Positions 37,792 through 46,774 of a stretch of 57,760 nucleotides of DNA are shown here, piece after piece. The notes beneath the pieces were generated by a model. It ran no database searches and had not been told where the DNA came from. It saw nothing but the letters and a program-made list of their open reading frames with translations. The first letter of the stretch is position 1. The number at the start of each line of letters is the position of its first letter. This DNA comes from Nitrospinota bacterium (GTDB lineage: Bacteria > Nitrospinota > Nitrospinia > JACRGO01): the NCBI GenBank assembly GCA_016212295.1, contig JACRGO010000073.1, positions 1-57,760 on the forward strand, read 5' to 3'. A program made the position numbers and the translations under genes.

Positions 37792-40700
37792 TCATATTCT
37801 GACTTCTGGCTTCTGGCCTTCGATACCCGGCGCCTGCCCCCTGTCTTCATTTATACCCCGCGCGCGCCAGATATAAAAAATGGCTGGATACACAGCGAGT
37901 TCCATTATAGTGGAAGTGACGACGCCGCCGACCATCGGCGTTGCGATGCGCTTCATCACGTCAGCCCCGGCCCCGCTGCTCCATAGAATGGGAAGCAGGC
38001 CCGCGATGATCACCGCCGCGGTCATGGCCTTTGGACGCACCCTCTTCACCGCGCCGTGGTAAATGGCGTCACGCAGGTCCGCCGGACCCCGCATCTTGCC
38101 CTTGCTGCTCCATTCCCCGTAAGCCAGGTCCAGATAGAGGAGCATCACCACGCCCGTTTCCGCGTCCAGGCCGGCCAGGGCTATCAGCCCCACCCAAACC
38201 GCCACGCTAAGGTTGTAGCCTGACAGGTACAGCATCCAGAAGGCGCCGACGAGCGAAAACGGCACAGCCAGGAGCACTATGGCGGTCTTCACCATTGACC
38301 GGGTGTTTAGATAGATGATCAGCACGATGATCATAAGCGTGAGCGGGACCACGATCAGGAGCCTCTGCTTGGCCCGGACCATGTACTCGTACTGCCCGGA
38401 CCAGAAGATGTTGTATCCAGCGGGCATGCGGATGGTCCCCTTGTCCAGGGCCTCCTTCACAACGGCCTGGGCCGACTCCACATACCGCCCGACGTCGATG
38501 TCCTTCACGTCCACGTAAATCCAGGCGTTGGGAACAGCGTCCTCGCTCTTTATTCCCATCGGGGCGCGGACCACTTCCACGCTCGCCAGTTGTCCAAGCG
38601 GAATGTGCGCCCCCACGGGAGTGGGAACGATGATTTCCCTCAACGACTCCAGGTCCTTGCGGAAATCGCGGTCATAGCGAAGGTTCACGGTGTAACGCTG
38701 AAGCCCCTCCACCGTGGTGGTGAGGGGCATGCCGCCAAGGGCCACTTCCAGCACCTCCTGGACCTCTCCAACGGTGAGGCCGTACCGCGCGATCTCGTCG
38801 CGGTTGATTGTGAACTCAACGTAATTTCCCCCCATCACGCGCTCCGCGAAGACGCTTGCCGTGCCCTGGACTTTTCGCATCACAGGCTCAATCTCGGAGG
38901 CGATCCGCTCAAGCTCCGCCAAGTCCGGCCCGGCCACCTTGATCCCGACCGGGGTTTTGATACCGGTCGCCAGCATGTCGATGCGCGTCTTGATGGGCAT
39001 GGTCCAGGCGTTGTTCAGTCCGGGGATTTGAACAGCGGCGTTCATGGCCTCCACCAGCTCGTCCGGGGTCCGGCGGCGGTGGGCCTTCACCTTTCCGCGT
39101 TCGTCCAAAATGTCCGCCTCCGGCCATTCGCTTTCGTCCTTTAGCATGATGGTGGTTTCGACCATGTCAAAGGGGGCCGGGTCGGTTGCGGTTTCAGCGC
39201 GGCCTATCTTGCCGAACACGTGGTGGACCTCCGGGAAGGTTTTTATTATCTTGTCAGTCTGCTGAAGGACCTCCCGCGCCTTTGTAGGGGAGATGCCTGG
39301 AAAGGTAGTCGGCATGTACAGGAGGTCTCCTTCATAAAGCGGCGGCATGAATTCGGAGCCGAGGTTTTGGAAGGGGAAGGTTTTCCCCGCGCCAAGGGAG
39401 ATTGTCTTCAACCATCCTTCCGGGAGCCGGTTGGCAATCAGCCGATTCCAGGGGAAGAAGACCCACGCCACCAGGATGGCGGCTCCAAAAATCACCGCGA
39501 CGCGGCGGCGTATGGCCCAGTCGATCACCGGATGATAGGCCCATATCAGGAACCGGTTTACCGGGCTCTTCTCCTCCGGGACCATCTTTCCCCTGATAAA
39601 ATATCCCATGAGGATAGGGGCCAGGGTCACGGAGAGTAGGGCCGCCGCGCCCATTGAGTAAGTCTTGGTAAAGGCAAGGGGCTTGAAGAGGCGTCCCTCC
39701 TGGGCCTGAAGGGTAAAGACTGGAATAAATGAAACGGTTATGACAAGCAGCGAATAAAAAAGGGTCGGCCCCACCTCGATGGAGGCGTCCCTGATGATCT
39801 CCCAATGCGGCTTCCTGCCGCCGTCGCGCTCAATGTGCTTGTGGGCGTTCTCTATCATGATGATGACGGCGTCCACCATTGCCCCTATGGCTATGGCTAT
39901 GCCGCCCAGGGACATGATGTTGGAGCTAAGCCCCTGGCCGTACATGATGAGAAAGGAGATGAGGACCGCTATGGGGAGGATGAGAATGGCCACGAGCGCG
40001 CTCCTGAAATGAAGCAGGAAGAGGAGGCAGACCAGCGCCACCACAAGGCTTTCCTCAATCAGCTTTTCCTCAAGGGTCTTCACGGCGCGATTGATGAGCG
40101 CGCTACGGTCATAGGCGATCTGGTAATGAACGTCGGGCGGGAGCGACTTCATGGCCTGGTCCAGACGTTTTTTAACGTCCTGGATCACCTGGCGGGCGTT
40201 TGCCCCGTACCGCACAACCACTATCCCTCCAACGGTCTCCCCTTCCCCGTTCCATTCAGCTATGCCCCGGCGCATGTCGGGTCCAAGCTGCACGGTCGCA
40301 GCCTGGTCCAGGAGGACCGGGACGCCGTTTGCGCCCACGGCCACCGCGATTTTTTTCAGGTCGCCCAGTCCCTTGATATAACCCCGCACACGCAGCACGA
40401 ACTCCTTTTCCGCCATTTCCATGGCGCGGCCCCCGACCTCTCCATTGCTCCTCTTGATCGCCATGGCGATCTCGGAGATGGAAAGACCGTATGCGCGGAG
40501 CTTGGTGGGGTCCACCGTGATCTGGTACTGCTTCACGAATCCGCCGATGGAGGCCACCTCCGACACGCCTTCAACCGAGGTGATCTGATATTTGAGATAC
40601 CAGTCCTGCATGGAGCGCAGCTCGGCCAGGTCGCGTTCCTTGGATTGAATGGAGTACATGAAGGCCCAGCCAACGCCCGTTGCGTCAGGACCTAGTGAGG

Positions 40701-41079
40701 GCGTGACGTTCTTGGGCAGGCTTGCGGCCAGTCCGCTTAGGTATTCGAGGACCCGGCTCCTGGCCCAATAGGGATCGGTCCCGTCCTCGAAGATCACGTA
40801 CACAAAGGAAAAACCGTAGAAGGAATAGCCGCGCACCACCTTGGCATAGGGGACGGATAGCATCTTGGTTGTGATGGGATAGGTTACCTGGTCCTGGACG
40901 ATTTGCGGGGCCTGGCCCGGCCATTCGGTGTAGACGATCACCTGGGTGTCGGAGAGGTCAGGTATGGCGTCAAGGGGGATGTTTTTGAGGGCGTATAAGC
41001 CGCCGAGCACGAGGACCGCCGTGGCCGTGAGCACGATGAATTTATTTTTCAGGGAAAAATCGATTATGGATTGGAGCAT
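37792..41079 (-). CDS. cusA: CusA/SilA heavy-metal efflux RND permease
   Basis: DAIPDLSDTQVI, YWARSRVLEYL, GSEFMPPL.EGDLLYMP, RIDMLATGIKTPVG, RVRPKAMT. Confidence 0.96.
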   Translation of the reverse strand: MLQSIIDFSLKNKFIVLTATAVLVLGGLYALKNIPLDAIPDLSDTQVIVYTEWPGQAPQIVQDQVTYPITTKMLSVPYAKVVRGYSFYGFSFVYVIFEDGTDPYWARSRVLEYLSGLAASLPKNVTPSLGPDATGVGWAFMYSIQSKERDLAELRSMQDWYLKYQITSVEGVSEVASIGGFVKQYQITVDPTKLRAYGLSISEIAMAIKRSNGEVGGRAMEMAEKEFVLRVRGYIKGLGDLKKIAVAVGANGVPVLLDQAATVQLGPDMRRGIAEWNGEGETVGGIVVVRYGANARQVIQDVKKRLDQAMKSLPPDVHYQIAYDRSALINRAVKTLEEKLIEESLVVALVCLLFLLHFRSALVAILILPIAVLISFLIMYGQGLSSNIMSLGGIAIAIGAMVDAVIIMIENAHKHIERDGGRKPHWEIIRDASIEVGPTLFYSLLVITVSFIPVFTLQAQEGRLFKPLAFTKTYSMGAAALLSVTLAPILMGYFIRGKMVPEEKSPVNRFLIWAYHPVIDWAIRRRVAVIFGAAILVAWVFFPWNRLIANRLPEGWLKTISLGAGKTFPFQNLGSEFMPPLYEGDLLYMPTTFPGISPTKAREVLQQTDKIIKTFPEVHHVFGKIGRAETATDPAPFDMVETTIMLKDESEWPEADILDERGKVKAHRRRTPDELVEAMNAAVQIPGLNNAWTMPIKTRIDMLATGIKTPVGIKVAGPDLAELERIASEIEPVMRKVQGTASVFAERVMGGNYVEFTINRDEIARYGLTVGEVQEVLEVALGGMPLTTTVEGLQRYTVNLRYDRDFRKDLESLREIIVPTPVGAHIPLGQLASVEVVRAPMGIKSEDAVPNAWIYVDVKDIDVGRYVESAQAVVKEALDKGTIRMPAGYNIFWSGQYEYMVRAKQRLLIVVPLTLMIIVLIIYLNTRSMVKTAIVLLAVPFSLVGAFWMLYLSGYNLSVAVWVGLIALAGLDAETGVVMLLYLDLAYGEWSSKGKMRGPADLRDAIYHGAVKRVRPKAMTAAVIIAGLLPILWSSGAGADVMKRIATPMVGGVVTSTIMELAVYPAIFYIWRARGINEDRGQAPGIEGQKPEVRI

Positions 41080-41107
41080 GTTTTTTCTCCATGAGACGGG
41101 TATTTAA

Positions 41108-41206
41108 AAATAGAACGCGGATAACGCTGATGGCACGGATTATCGCGGATAAAGTTTCTTTTAATCCGTGAAAATCAGAACAATCCGTGTCATCCGTGTT
41201 CTATTT
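41108..41206. repeat. Repeat family E, full palindrome upstream of cusA
   Basis: aaatagaacgcggataacgctgatggcacggatt ... aatccgtgtcatccgtgttctattt. Confidence 0.85.
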
Positions 41207-41220
41207 AAAAAAACTAATTT

Positions 41221-41258
41221 ATTTGATTGTTAAAGGTAAAAAATGTAAATTCCTATGC
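41221..41258 (+). mobile_element. Family D, isolated oriIS-like end
   Basis: atttgattgttaaaggtaaaaaatgtaaattcctatgc matches 36357-36394. Confidence 0.6.
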
Positions 41259-41632
41259 TATTGAATTTTTTTTGCAATCTGAAACACTGAAATCGTATTG
41301 ACGAATAGAAACAGCCCGTCGAATATTAAATTTTCCGCGCCCTTTAAGCCTGACAAGGCGAGTAAATATATCATTACATAAATAACAGCGCCACCCGCGA
41401 TAAGGCCGAATATGTATCCAAGATAATGTCCACGAAACAAAAGAACGGACGCGGCAAAATATACCGGTATGAAAAAGAGATCAGGGTATATGAGGGAATT
41501 GTACGCCTCCTGGGGAAAGGCTTCCGGTCTCTTCCAGCTTCCCGCGATAACTGAAAACACCGCGTAAGCCTGAAAAGCCCCCCAGGCAAAAAACCAAATT
41601 ATCGCTGTCCACGGTTTTTTCATTTTCATCAA
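41258..41632 (-). CDS. Four-TM hypothetical membrane protein
   Basis: 124-aa ORF with four hydrophobic segments; its 3' part is duplicated at 42328-42661. Confidence 0.7.
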   Translation of the reverse strand: MMKMKKPWTAIIWFFAWGAFQAYAVFSVIAGSWKRPEAFPQEAYNSLIYPDLFFIPVYFAASVLLFRGHYLGYIFGLIAGGAVIYVMIYLLALSGLKGAENLIFDGLFLFVNTISVFQIAKKIQ

Positions 41633-41714
41633 TGCCTACTATGAGGCTCGATCTTTACCCACTCCTCCGGGTGGCGTTATCGTCCAGCCATTCGGAATGT
41701 TTGCGTTGCCATGG

Positions 41715-42239
41715 TCATTTTTCTTCCTTGCAACCTTTAAACCCTATTTTGGGGCGAAGGGGTGCGGATGGGGTCATCAATTGCCTTATTGCGTCGAACA
41801 CAACCTTGAATTGGGCGTCGTATTTCTTCTCCATGACTTCCAACTTTTTTGCCAAGTCTTTGTGGGCCGCAAGCATTTGCCGCAACCGCACGAAGGTCCG
41901 CATGATCTCTATATTCACCTTGACGGCCCTTTCACTATTGAGCACAGTGGAGAGCATGGCCACGCCCTGCTCGGTGAAAACATACGGGAGATAGCGGCGC
42001 CCTCCACGGCCTCCTTTTTTTGACATTCCAATTTGGAATCTCAAAGAATCAGTTTCCTCTTTGGTGAGCTGAAACATGAAGTCTTGAGGGAAGCGTCCAA
42101 CATTTCTTTTCACCGCCTTATTGAGATTGAAAGTCTCTACTTCATAAAGTTCCGCTAAATCACTGTCCAGCATGACTTTCTCACCACGGATCAGAAAGAT
42201 TTTCTTTTCGATGATTTCAACCGGTATCAAAGCTTCCAT
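41715..42239 (-). CDS. ORF6N domain DNA-binding protein
   Basis: [50 protein letters not shown]. Confidence 0.93.
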   Translation of the reverse strand: MEALIPVEIIEKKIFLIRGEKVMLDSDLAELYEVETFNLNKAVKRNVGRFPQDFMFQLTKEETDSLRFQIGMSKKGGRGGRRYLPYVFTEQGVAMLSTVLNSERAVKVNIEIMRTFVRLRQMLAAHKDLAKKLEVMEKKYDAQFKVVFDAIRQLMTPSAPLRPKIGFKGCKEEK

Positions 42240-42298
42240 TTACCCTCCAAATCAAAGCCAATATTGGAAAGCTGTTTTTCAATCTCCTCGTTCAATCG
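42227..42298 (-). pseudogene. Fragment resembling the C-terminus of a Type I R-M HsdM
   Basis: Hand translation [23 protein letters not shown], overlapping the ORF6N start. Confidence 0.5.
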
Positions 42299-42327
42299 AA
42301 TTTACAGCAGCATGGATGCGGGATTAA

Positions 42328-42661
42328 TGAATTCTTTTGACAATCTGAAGCACTGAAATCGTGTTGACGATTAGAAAAAGCCCGTCGAATATTAAATTTG
42401 TAGTATAGGAATTTCCATTTTTTTAGCTTATGAATCAACGAGATGCTAAATGCATAAGAGGAAAAAACTGAACATCCAACATCGAACGTCCAACATCGAA
42501 GTAAGAAAAATTCGTTTTACGTTTTAAATCCTTTCTTCCTTTTTCGACGTTCGACGTTCAATGTTGGATGTTCGATGTTCAATTCTTTAAAGCCCGCCCG
42601 AATGGCGTTAATTTATCCGCGCCCTTTAAGCCTGACAGGGCGAGTAAATATATCATTACAT
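42328..42661 (-). pseudogene. Diverged duplicate of the 3' ~115 bp of the 41258-41632 gene, split by a family D insertion
   Basis: 42328-42399 joined to 42616-42661 aligns with 41262-41379. Confidence 0.85.
42400..42615 (-). mobile_element. Family D element, copy 3, with AACATCG/CGATGTT heptamer palindrome cargo
   Basis: Minus strand taaattaaCGCCAttcGGGCGggctttaaagaattgaacatc ... ggaaattcctatactac; sits between AAATTT and TCCGCG of the duplicated fragment. Confidence 0.85.
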
Positions 42662-42706
42662 GGCGCACTCCAAGAAACAGCAAGTGCGGCCATGTGGAAC
42701 GCGCTG

Positions 42707-45394
42707 TTATCTTTTCACTTTGTGTCCGGTAAAGCTACCCATCAATTCCCGAAATGACGCGGGCTTGTATTTGTTAAAGTTCTCCTCATCCACATAGACA
42801 AAATCATATTTTGCTTCCACTTGCGCATGATTGATGTCTTCGCACCATTGCCGCAGCCGTTCCATCTTTAGAGGCACGTCCGGATCTTCCCGCCCCTTGG
42901 TCTCGACTATGAAAATTTCCTTGTCTGACGCCTTGACAAAAAAATCCGGATAATAGTTGGAAATATCACCGCCTGAATTCACATAATCCAGCTTAAAGTG
43001 AACCGCGAGATAGTTCTTGGCAAAGGAGACCACATCATCGCACCGTTCAAGGAACTGGGCGAACAATAGCTCAAAATGACTGTCTCCGATAATCCTGTTG
43101 AACACGCTTTTTTTAGGCATCAGATACCCTTGGTCCTTTGCCACAAACGGGCGCGTATGCCTCAACTTGATAGTGTCCCGAATCGCGGCATCGCCCTTGT
43201 CCCGCACAGTGAGCGCATTAATCGCCTTTTTTAACGTCTCAATCAACGTTTTGGTTGCGGCTAATTCAGAGAGGTTACGGAGGGTGTTAGGGTCTTCAAG
43301 GTCAACCTGCCGGTCGAACAACTGATTTTGCACGAAATCCTTGACCTTTCCGTAGAGTACATCGTAACCGCTGACCAACCGCAAGTCTTTCATGATGGCC
43401 CCCGCGAAATAGCCGATGACGCTTCGATAGTCAGCAACGCCCGCCGTATCCAGTATTGTCGTATGAGTGATTTCTCCGTTGGTAATATCCTTGAAGACAA
43501 TCTCACGCTGCTCCTCTTCGCTGAACTGCCGGAAGGCCACTCCGCCGCTCCCGAAAGCTTCCACGTCCAGATCGGAAAGATTTTTATATTCCCGGTAAAC
43601 GCGAGGCGTCATTATTGGAATTTGTATATCGAGGGCCTCAATGTCCTTCTTTTCGTTCTCGCTGTCGATCTCCACGACCAAAGGCGCCTTGGGCTTGGTC
43701 CCTTCTCCCATGGGTTTGCGCTCCAGCACGACGCCCTCGGCTTGAATGGATTCCACGAACTCCATGAAGGCGTCGGTTCCAACAACGCTGACATATTCCT
43801 CTAAGCCGCCGGGATACATCTTGCGCAAACCCCGTCCAAGAGTCTGTTCAGGCAGTATATTGCTCGGAGCCTTATAAGCGCGCAGGCCGACAATTGTGGT
43901 CACATTGCGCACATCCCAACCTTCCTTGAGCATGAGCACGGATACGATGGCTTTGAATGGACTCTCCATATCGTCAATCTCGTTGGCCTGCTTGCGCAGC
44001 CAATCCAGTTCTTCCTTGTTCTTACCCGTGACCGATTCGGAGATTTCCCCGTTGTTCTTGGTATGAATCACCAGCACGGAGCCTTGTAAATCCGGGTAGT
44101 TACTCTCCAGATATTCGGCCACGTCATCGCAGTTCCGGGTGTCATCGGTCATGACGAACAGTATGGCCTTTTTGCCCAGCTTCTCATGTTCCGCATAGGC
44201 CGCGCGCCACTCCACCACCCCCAGGTGAATATAATCGGCGTATTTCTCGGTATACTTGGCGCTCTGGCGCTCAACCAGCTTGGCCCGGCTTGGAGCGTCC
44301 GGCAAAACCGGATGCTTTACCACGTTCTGCTTAATGGCTTCCACAAGCGGGTAATCCGCCACGGTCTGAACAAAAATGGCTCCGCTGTTGTGCTTGGGTG
44401 TGGCGGTCACATCCACCTGTATGGACAGGGCATCGCCTTTTTGCGTCAGACGATTATGGATATCCTCAATGGACTTGAACCATGCCAGTTTCCTGTCGTG
44501 GATGTGGTGCGCCTCGTCGTTCAACACAGCCAACTCGTCAATGTCCCTCACAATCATCCCCAGGTCCACCTTGGAGTTGGTGGTCGCGCCGGCGGGACGC
44601 TTCCCCAGGAAGTAATCCATCGTGTCTTCGTCATCGGGCGAAGGCGGGATATCGTCACCGGCATAGATCCTGTGGATATTGGTCAGGAAAATATTGCCGG
44701 TGGGCCGGGTGATGCGCACATTGTCCTGCACGTGCAGGGTAAGTTGAAAATCATCACGCCAGTTGCGCCCGTCCACGCCGTTATCCGGCAGTACCGGGTC
44801 AGCAAAAAATATACGCAGTCCGGCGAAGTCCTTGTAGATGCGGTCCAGCACGATGATATTGGGCGCGATTACCAAAAAGTTACGCGCCAATTCCGAGTCC
44901 GGCTCATAAAGTTTGTGAAAATAGCTCCAGGCCAAAATAAGGCTCATCACCTTGGTCTTGCCGGTGCCTGTGGCCATTTTGACCACAAAGCGCCGCCAAG
45001 TCTCGTCAAACATGCCTGTGGAGACCGTACCTGAACCGTCGAAGCGCATCATGTCGTACTTGTCCTTCACTCCTGCCGCGTCATAAAGATAGATGATGGT
45101 TTCCACCGCCTCCCGCTGGGCAAAGTAATACTGGAACTCTACCATAGTCCAATCGGCCTGGGGCAGTAGATGCGGGGTGTTGAACCACCAGTTGAGAAGG
45201 GCCCGGCTTGTATCCGCGGCCTTGGCGTAACCGCTGTCCCGCCATGTCTTTACTTGCTTGCGCAGTTCGGGCACCAGCGGGGGCATCAGCTTTTCAAAGC
45301 TGGTTTCCCGTAACGCTTCATCCGCGGGAAACCAACGGATATCGGGGTTGAGAATTTCATGAGGCGATTCAGGAAATTTGGGATGGAGGGCCAT
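42707..45394 (-). CDS. Type III restriction enzyme Res subunit
   Basis: MATGTGKT, NDEAHH, TATP, LKEGWDV, EQTLGRGLR, YYPDF...IVETKG (PD-(D/E)xK). Confidence 0.92.
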   Translation of the reverse strand: MALHPKFPESPHEILNPDIRWFPADEALRETSFEKLMPPLVPELRKQVKTWRDSGYAKAADTSRALLNWWFNTPHLLPQADWTMVEFQYYFAQREAVETIIYLYDAAGVKDKYDMMRFDGSGTVSTGMFDETWRRFVVKMATGTGKTKVMSLILAWSYFHKLYEPDSELARNFLVIAPNIIVLDRIYKDFAGLRIFFADPVLPDNGVDGRNWRDDFQLTLHVQDNVRITRPTGNIFLTNIHRIYAGDDIPPSPDDEDTMDYFLGKRPAGATTNSKVDLGMIVRDIDELAVLNDEAHHIHDRKLAWFKSIEDIHNRLTQKGDALSIQVDVTATPKHNSGAIFVQTVADYPLVEAIKQNVVKHPVLPDAPSRAKLVERQSAKYTEKYADYIHLGVVEWRAAYAEHEKLGKKAILFVMTDDTRNCDDVAEYLESNYPDLQGSVLVIHTKNNGEISESVTGKNKEELDWLRKQANEIDDMESPFKAIVSVLMLKEGWDVRNVTTIVGLRAYKAPSNILPEQTLGRGLRKMYPGGLEEYVSVVGTDAFMEFVESIQAEGVVLERKPMGEGTKPKAPLVVEIDSENEKKDIEALDIQIPIMTPRVYREYKNLSDLDVEAFGSGGVAFRQFSEEEQREIVFKDITNGEITHTTILDTAGVADYRSVIGYFAGAIMKDLRLVSGYDVLYGKVKDFVQNQLFDRQVDLEDPNTLRNLSELAATKTLIETLKKAINALTVRDKGDAAIRDTIKLRHTRPFVAKDQGYLMPKKSVFNRIIGDSHFELLFAQFLERCDDVVSFAKNYLAVHFKLDYVNSGGDISNYYPDFFVKASDKEIFIVETKGREDPDVPLKMERLRQWCEDINHAQVEAKYDFVYVDEENFNKYKPASFRELMGSFTGHKVKR

Positions 45395-45404
45395 TGGCTT
45401 TTTT

Positions 45405-45605
45405 TTAGAATGTCCAGTTTTCTTTCTTTACCCATTGTGACAAGCGGTCGCCATAGCCCCCAATCTCGTTATAGACTTCGCGGACCGAGATGATGGTGCC
45501 ATCATTTACCAAACGATCAAACTTTTCCCATAATGAAGGAAAACGTTCCGGGTAAAAGTTGTTGAATAAATCAATCAAGGCACCGCTGTCAAAAACATAC
45601 CTCAT
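45405..45605 (-). pseudogene. Truncated DUF4411 (PIN-like) protein, 66 aa
   Basis: YVFDSGALI...YP..FPSLWE...ISVREVYNEI; stops well short of a full PIN fold; ATGA-coupled to the IrrE gene. Confidence 0.7.
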
Positions 45606-46774
45606 ACGGCAACTCCCTTACGGAACAGCATTGCTTCCATGCCAGGCACGCTCTTTACTTTCACTCCAAGATAATCCGCTAGTTGTTCCGTTGAAATTCG
45701 CTTCTGATAATACCGGCTGAAAGCCATCTCTAAATATGGTTCCCCAAGATAGGCGCCGGTGTTCCGGTAATAATCTCCGCCTGTGCGCGATTTTTTGCTG
45801 GCTATCGCTCGTTCCCATTCCCGGACTTTGTCTTCGTAATATTTCTGATTAACCATGCTTCGGTCAACCATTTTTCTAAGAATGGCTTCTCTGCTGACAT
45901 GATAGCAATCGGCAAGTTTCTGGATTGATGCGTCATCTATCCTCATACCTTTTGTTCTCCGGGCAAAATCGCGCGAGGGAACAAGGAATTCCCCGGCAAA
46001 ACGATTGCAAAGAATTTCTATCCGGCGATTGTCTCCATGCAGGTAGTTAAGATAGTCTTCTATGCGCGTATCCACGCCGCCGGTCCGGAACAACAAATGC
46101 GCCAATTCATGAAAAAGCGTGAAAATCTGCCGGCTTTTTGACTTGCTGTTGTTTACATAAATTACAGGGAATTGTTCGTCATACAAACAAATTCCTGAGA
46201 AATCGTCCGCCTTGAAAACGGCCTTAAAGACAAAAACTCCGTGCTCTTCCAAAGCATGGCGCCAGGATTTAAGCGCCTCTTCGCTGTCCTTCCATTTAGT
46301 TTGCATGGCAATATCTATTTGCAAATATTCACGAACAACCGTTGCCATCTTCTCGGCTGACACATCCGGAGCAAAAGACAGGTCCCGCGCAATTTGCCGC
46401 TCCGCGGGGTTGATATTGTCATACAGTTCGGCGAGATTCAGTTGCCGAACCTTCGCTTCCCGGATCAAGAAATGTATCCGTGGCGGCATCAAATCGATTT
46501 CATATTCCGGCAAGGTGCGGAAAGTTTGTTCAGGTGTCTCCTCCGAAGGCGGATCGGGAAAAAAGAACAAGGCCAGGGGACGCCTATAAATCCTGTAAGC
46601 CAGAGTTTCCAACTGGGGATATGTAGGAGCGCTCTCGCCCCGTTCCCAGGCGGCGATTGTTTCAGCGGTAATACTTTTTCTATCGAGTTTAAGGACCACT
46701 TCCTCAACGGAAAAACCCGCTGTTTGGCGTGCCCATTGTAAAATCGCCGGATTTACTGGAATTGGCTGTGTCAT
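45602..46774 (-). CDS. XRE HTH + ImmA/IrrE metallopeptidase
   Basis: NPAILQWAR...WERGESAPT HTH; FTLFHELAH (HExxH); E..CNRFAGEFLVP. Confidence 0.92.
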   Translation of the reverse strand: MTQPIPVNPAILQWARQTAGFSVEEVVLKLDRKSITAETIAAWERGESAPTYPQLETLAYRIYRRPLALFFFPDPPSEETPEQTFRTLPEYEIDLMPPRIHFLIREAKVRQLNLAELYDNINPAERQIARDLSFAPDVSAEKMATVVREYLQIDIAMQTKWKDSEEALKSWRHALEEHGVFVFKAVFKADDFSGICLYDEQFPVIYVNNSKSKSRQIFTLFHELAHLLFRTGGVDTRIEDYLNYLHGDNRRIEILCNRFAGEFLVPSRDFARRTKGMRIDDASIQKLADCYHVSREAILRKMVDRSMVNQKYYEDKVREWERAIASKKSRTGGDYYRNTGAYLGEPYLEMAFSRYYQKRISTEQLADYLGVKVKSVPGMEAMLFRKGVAV

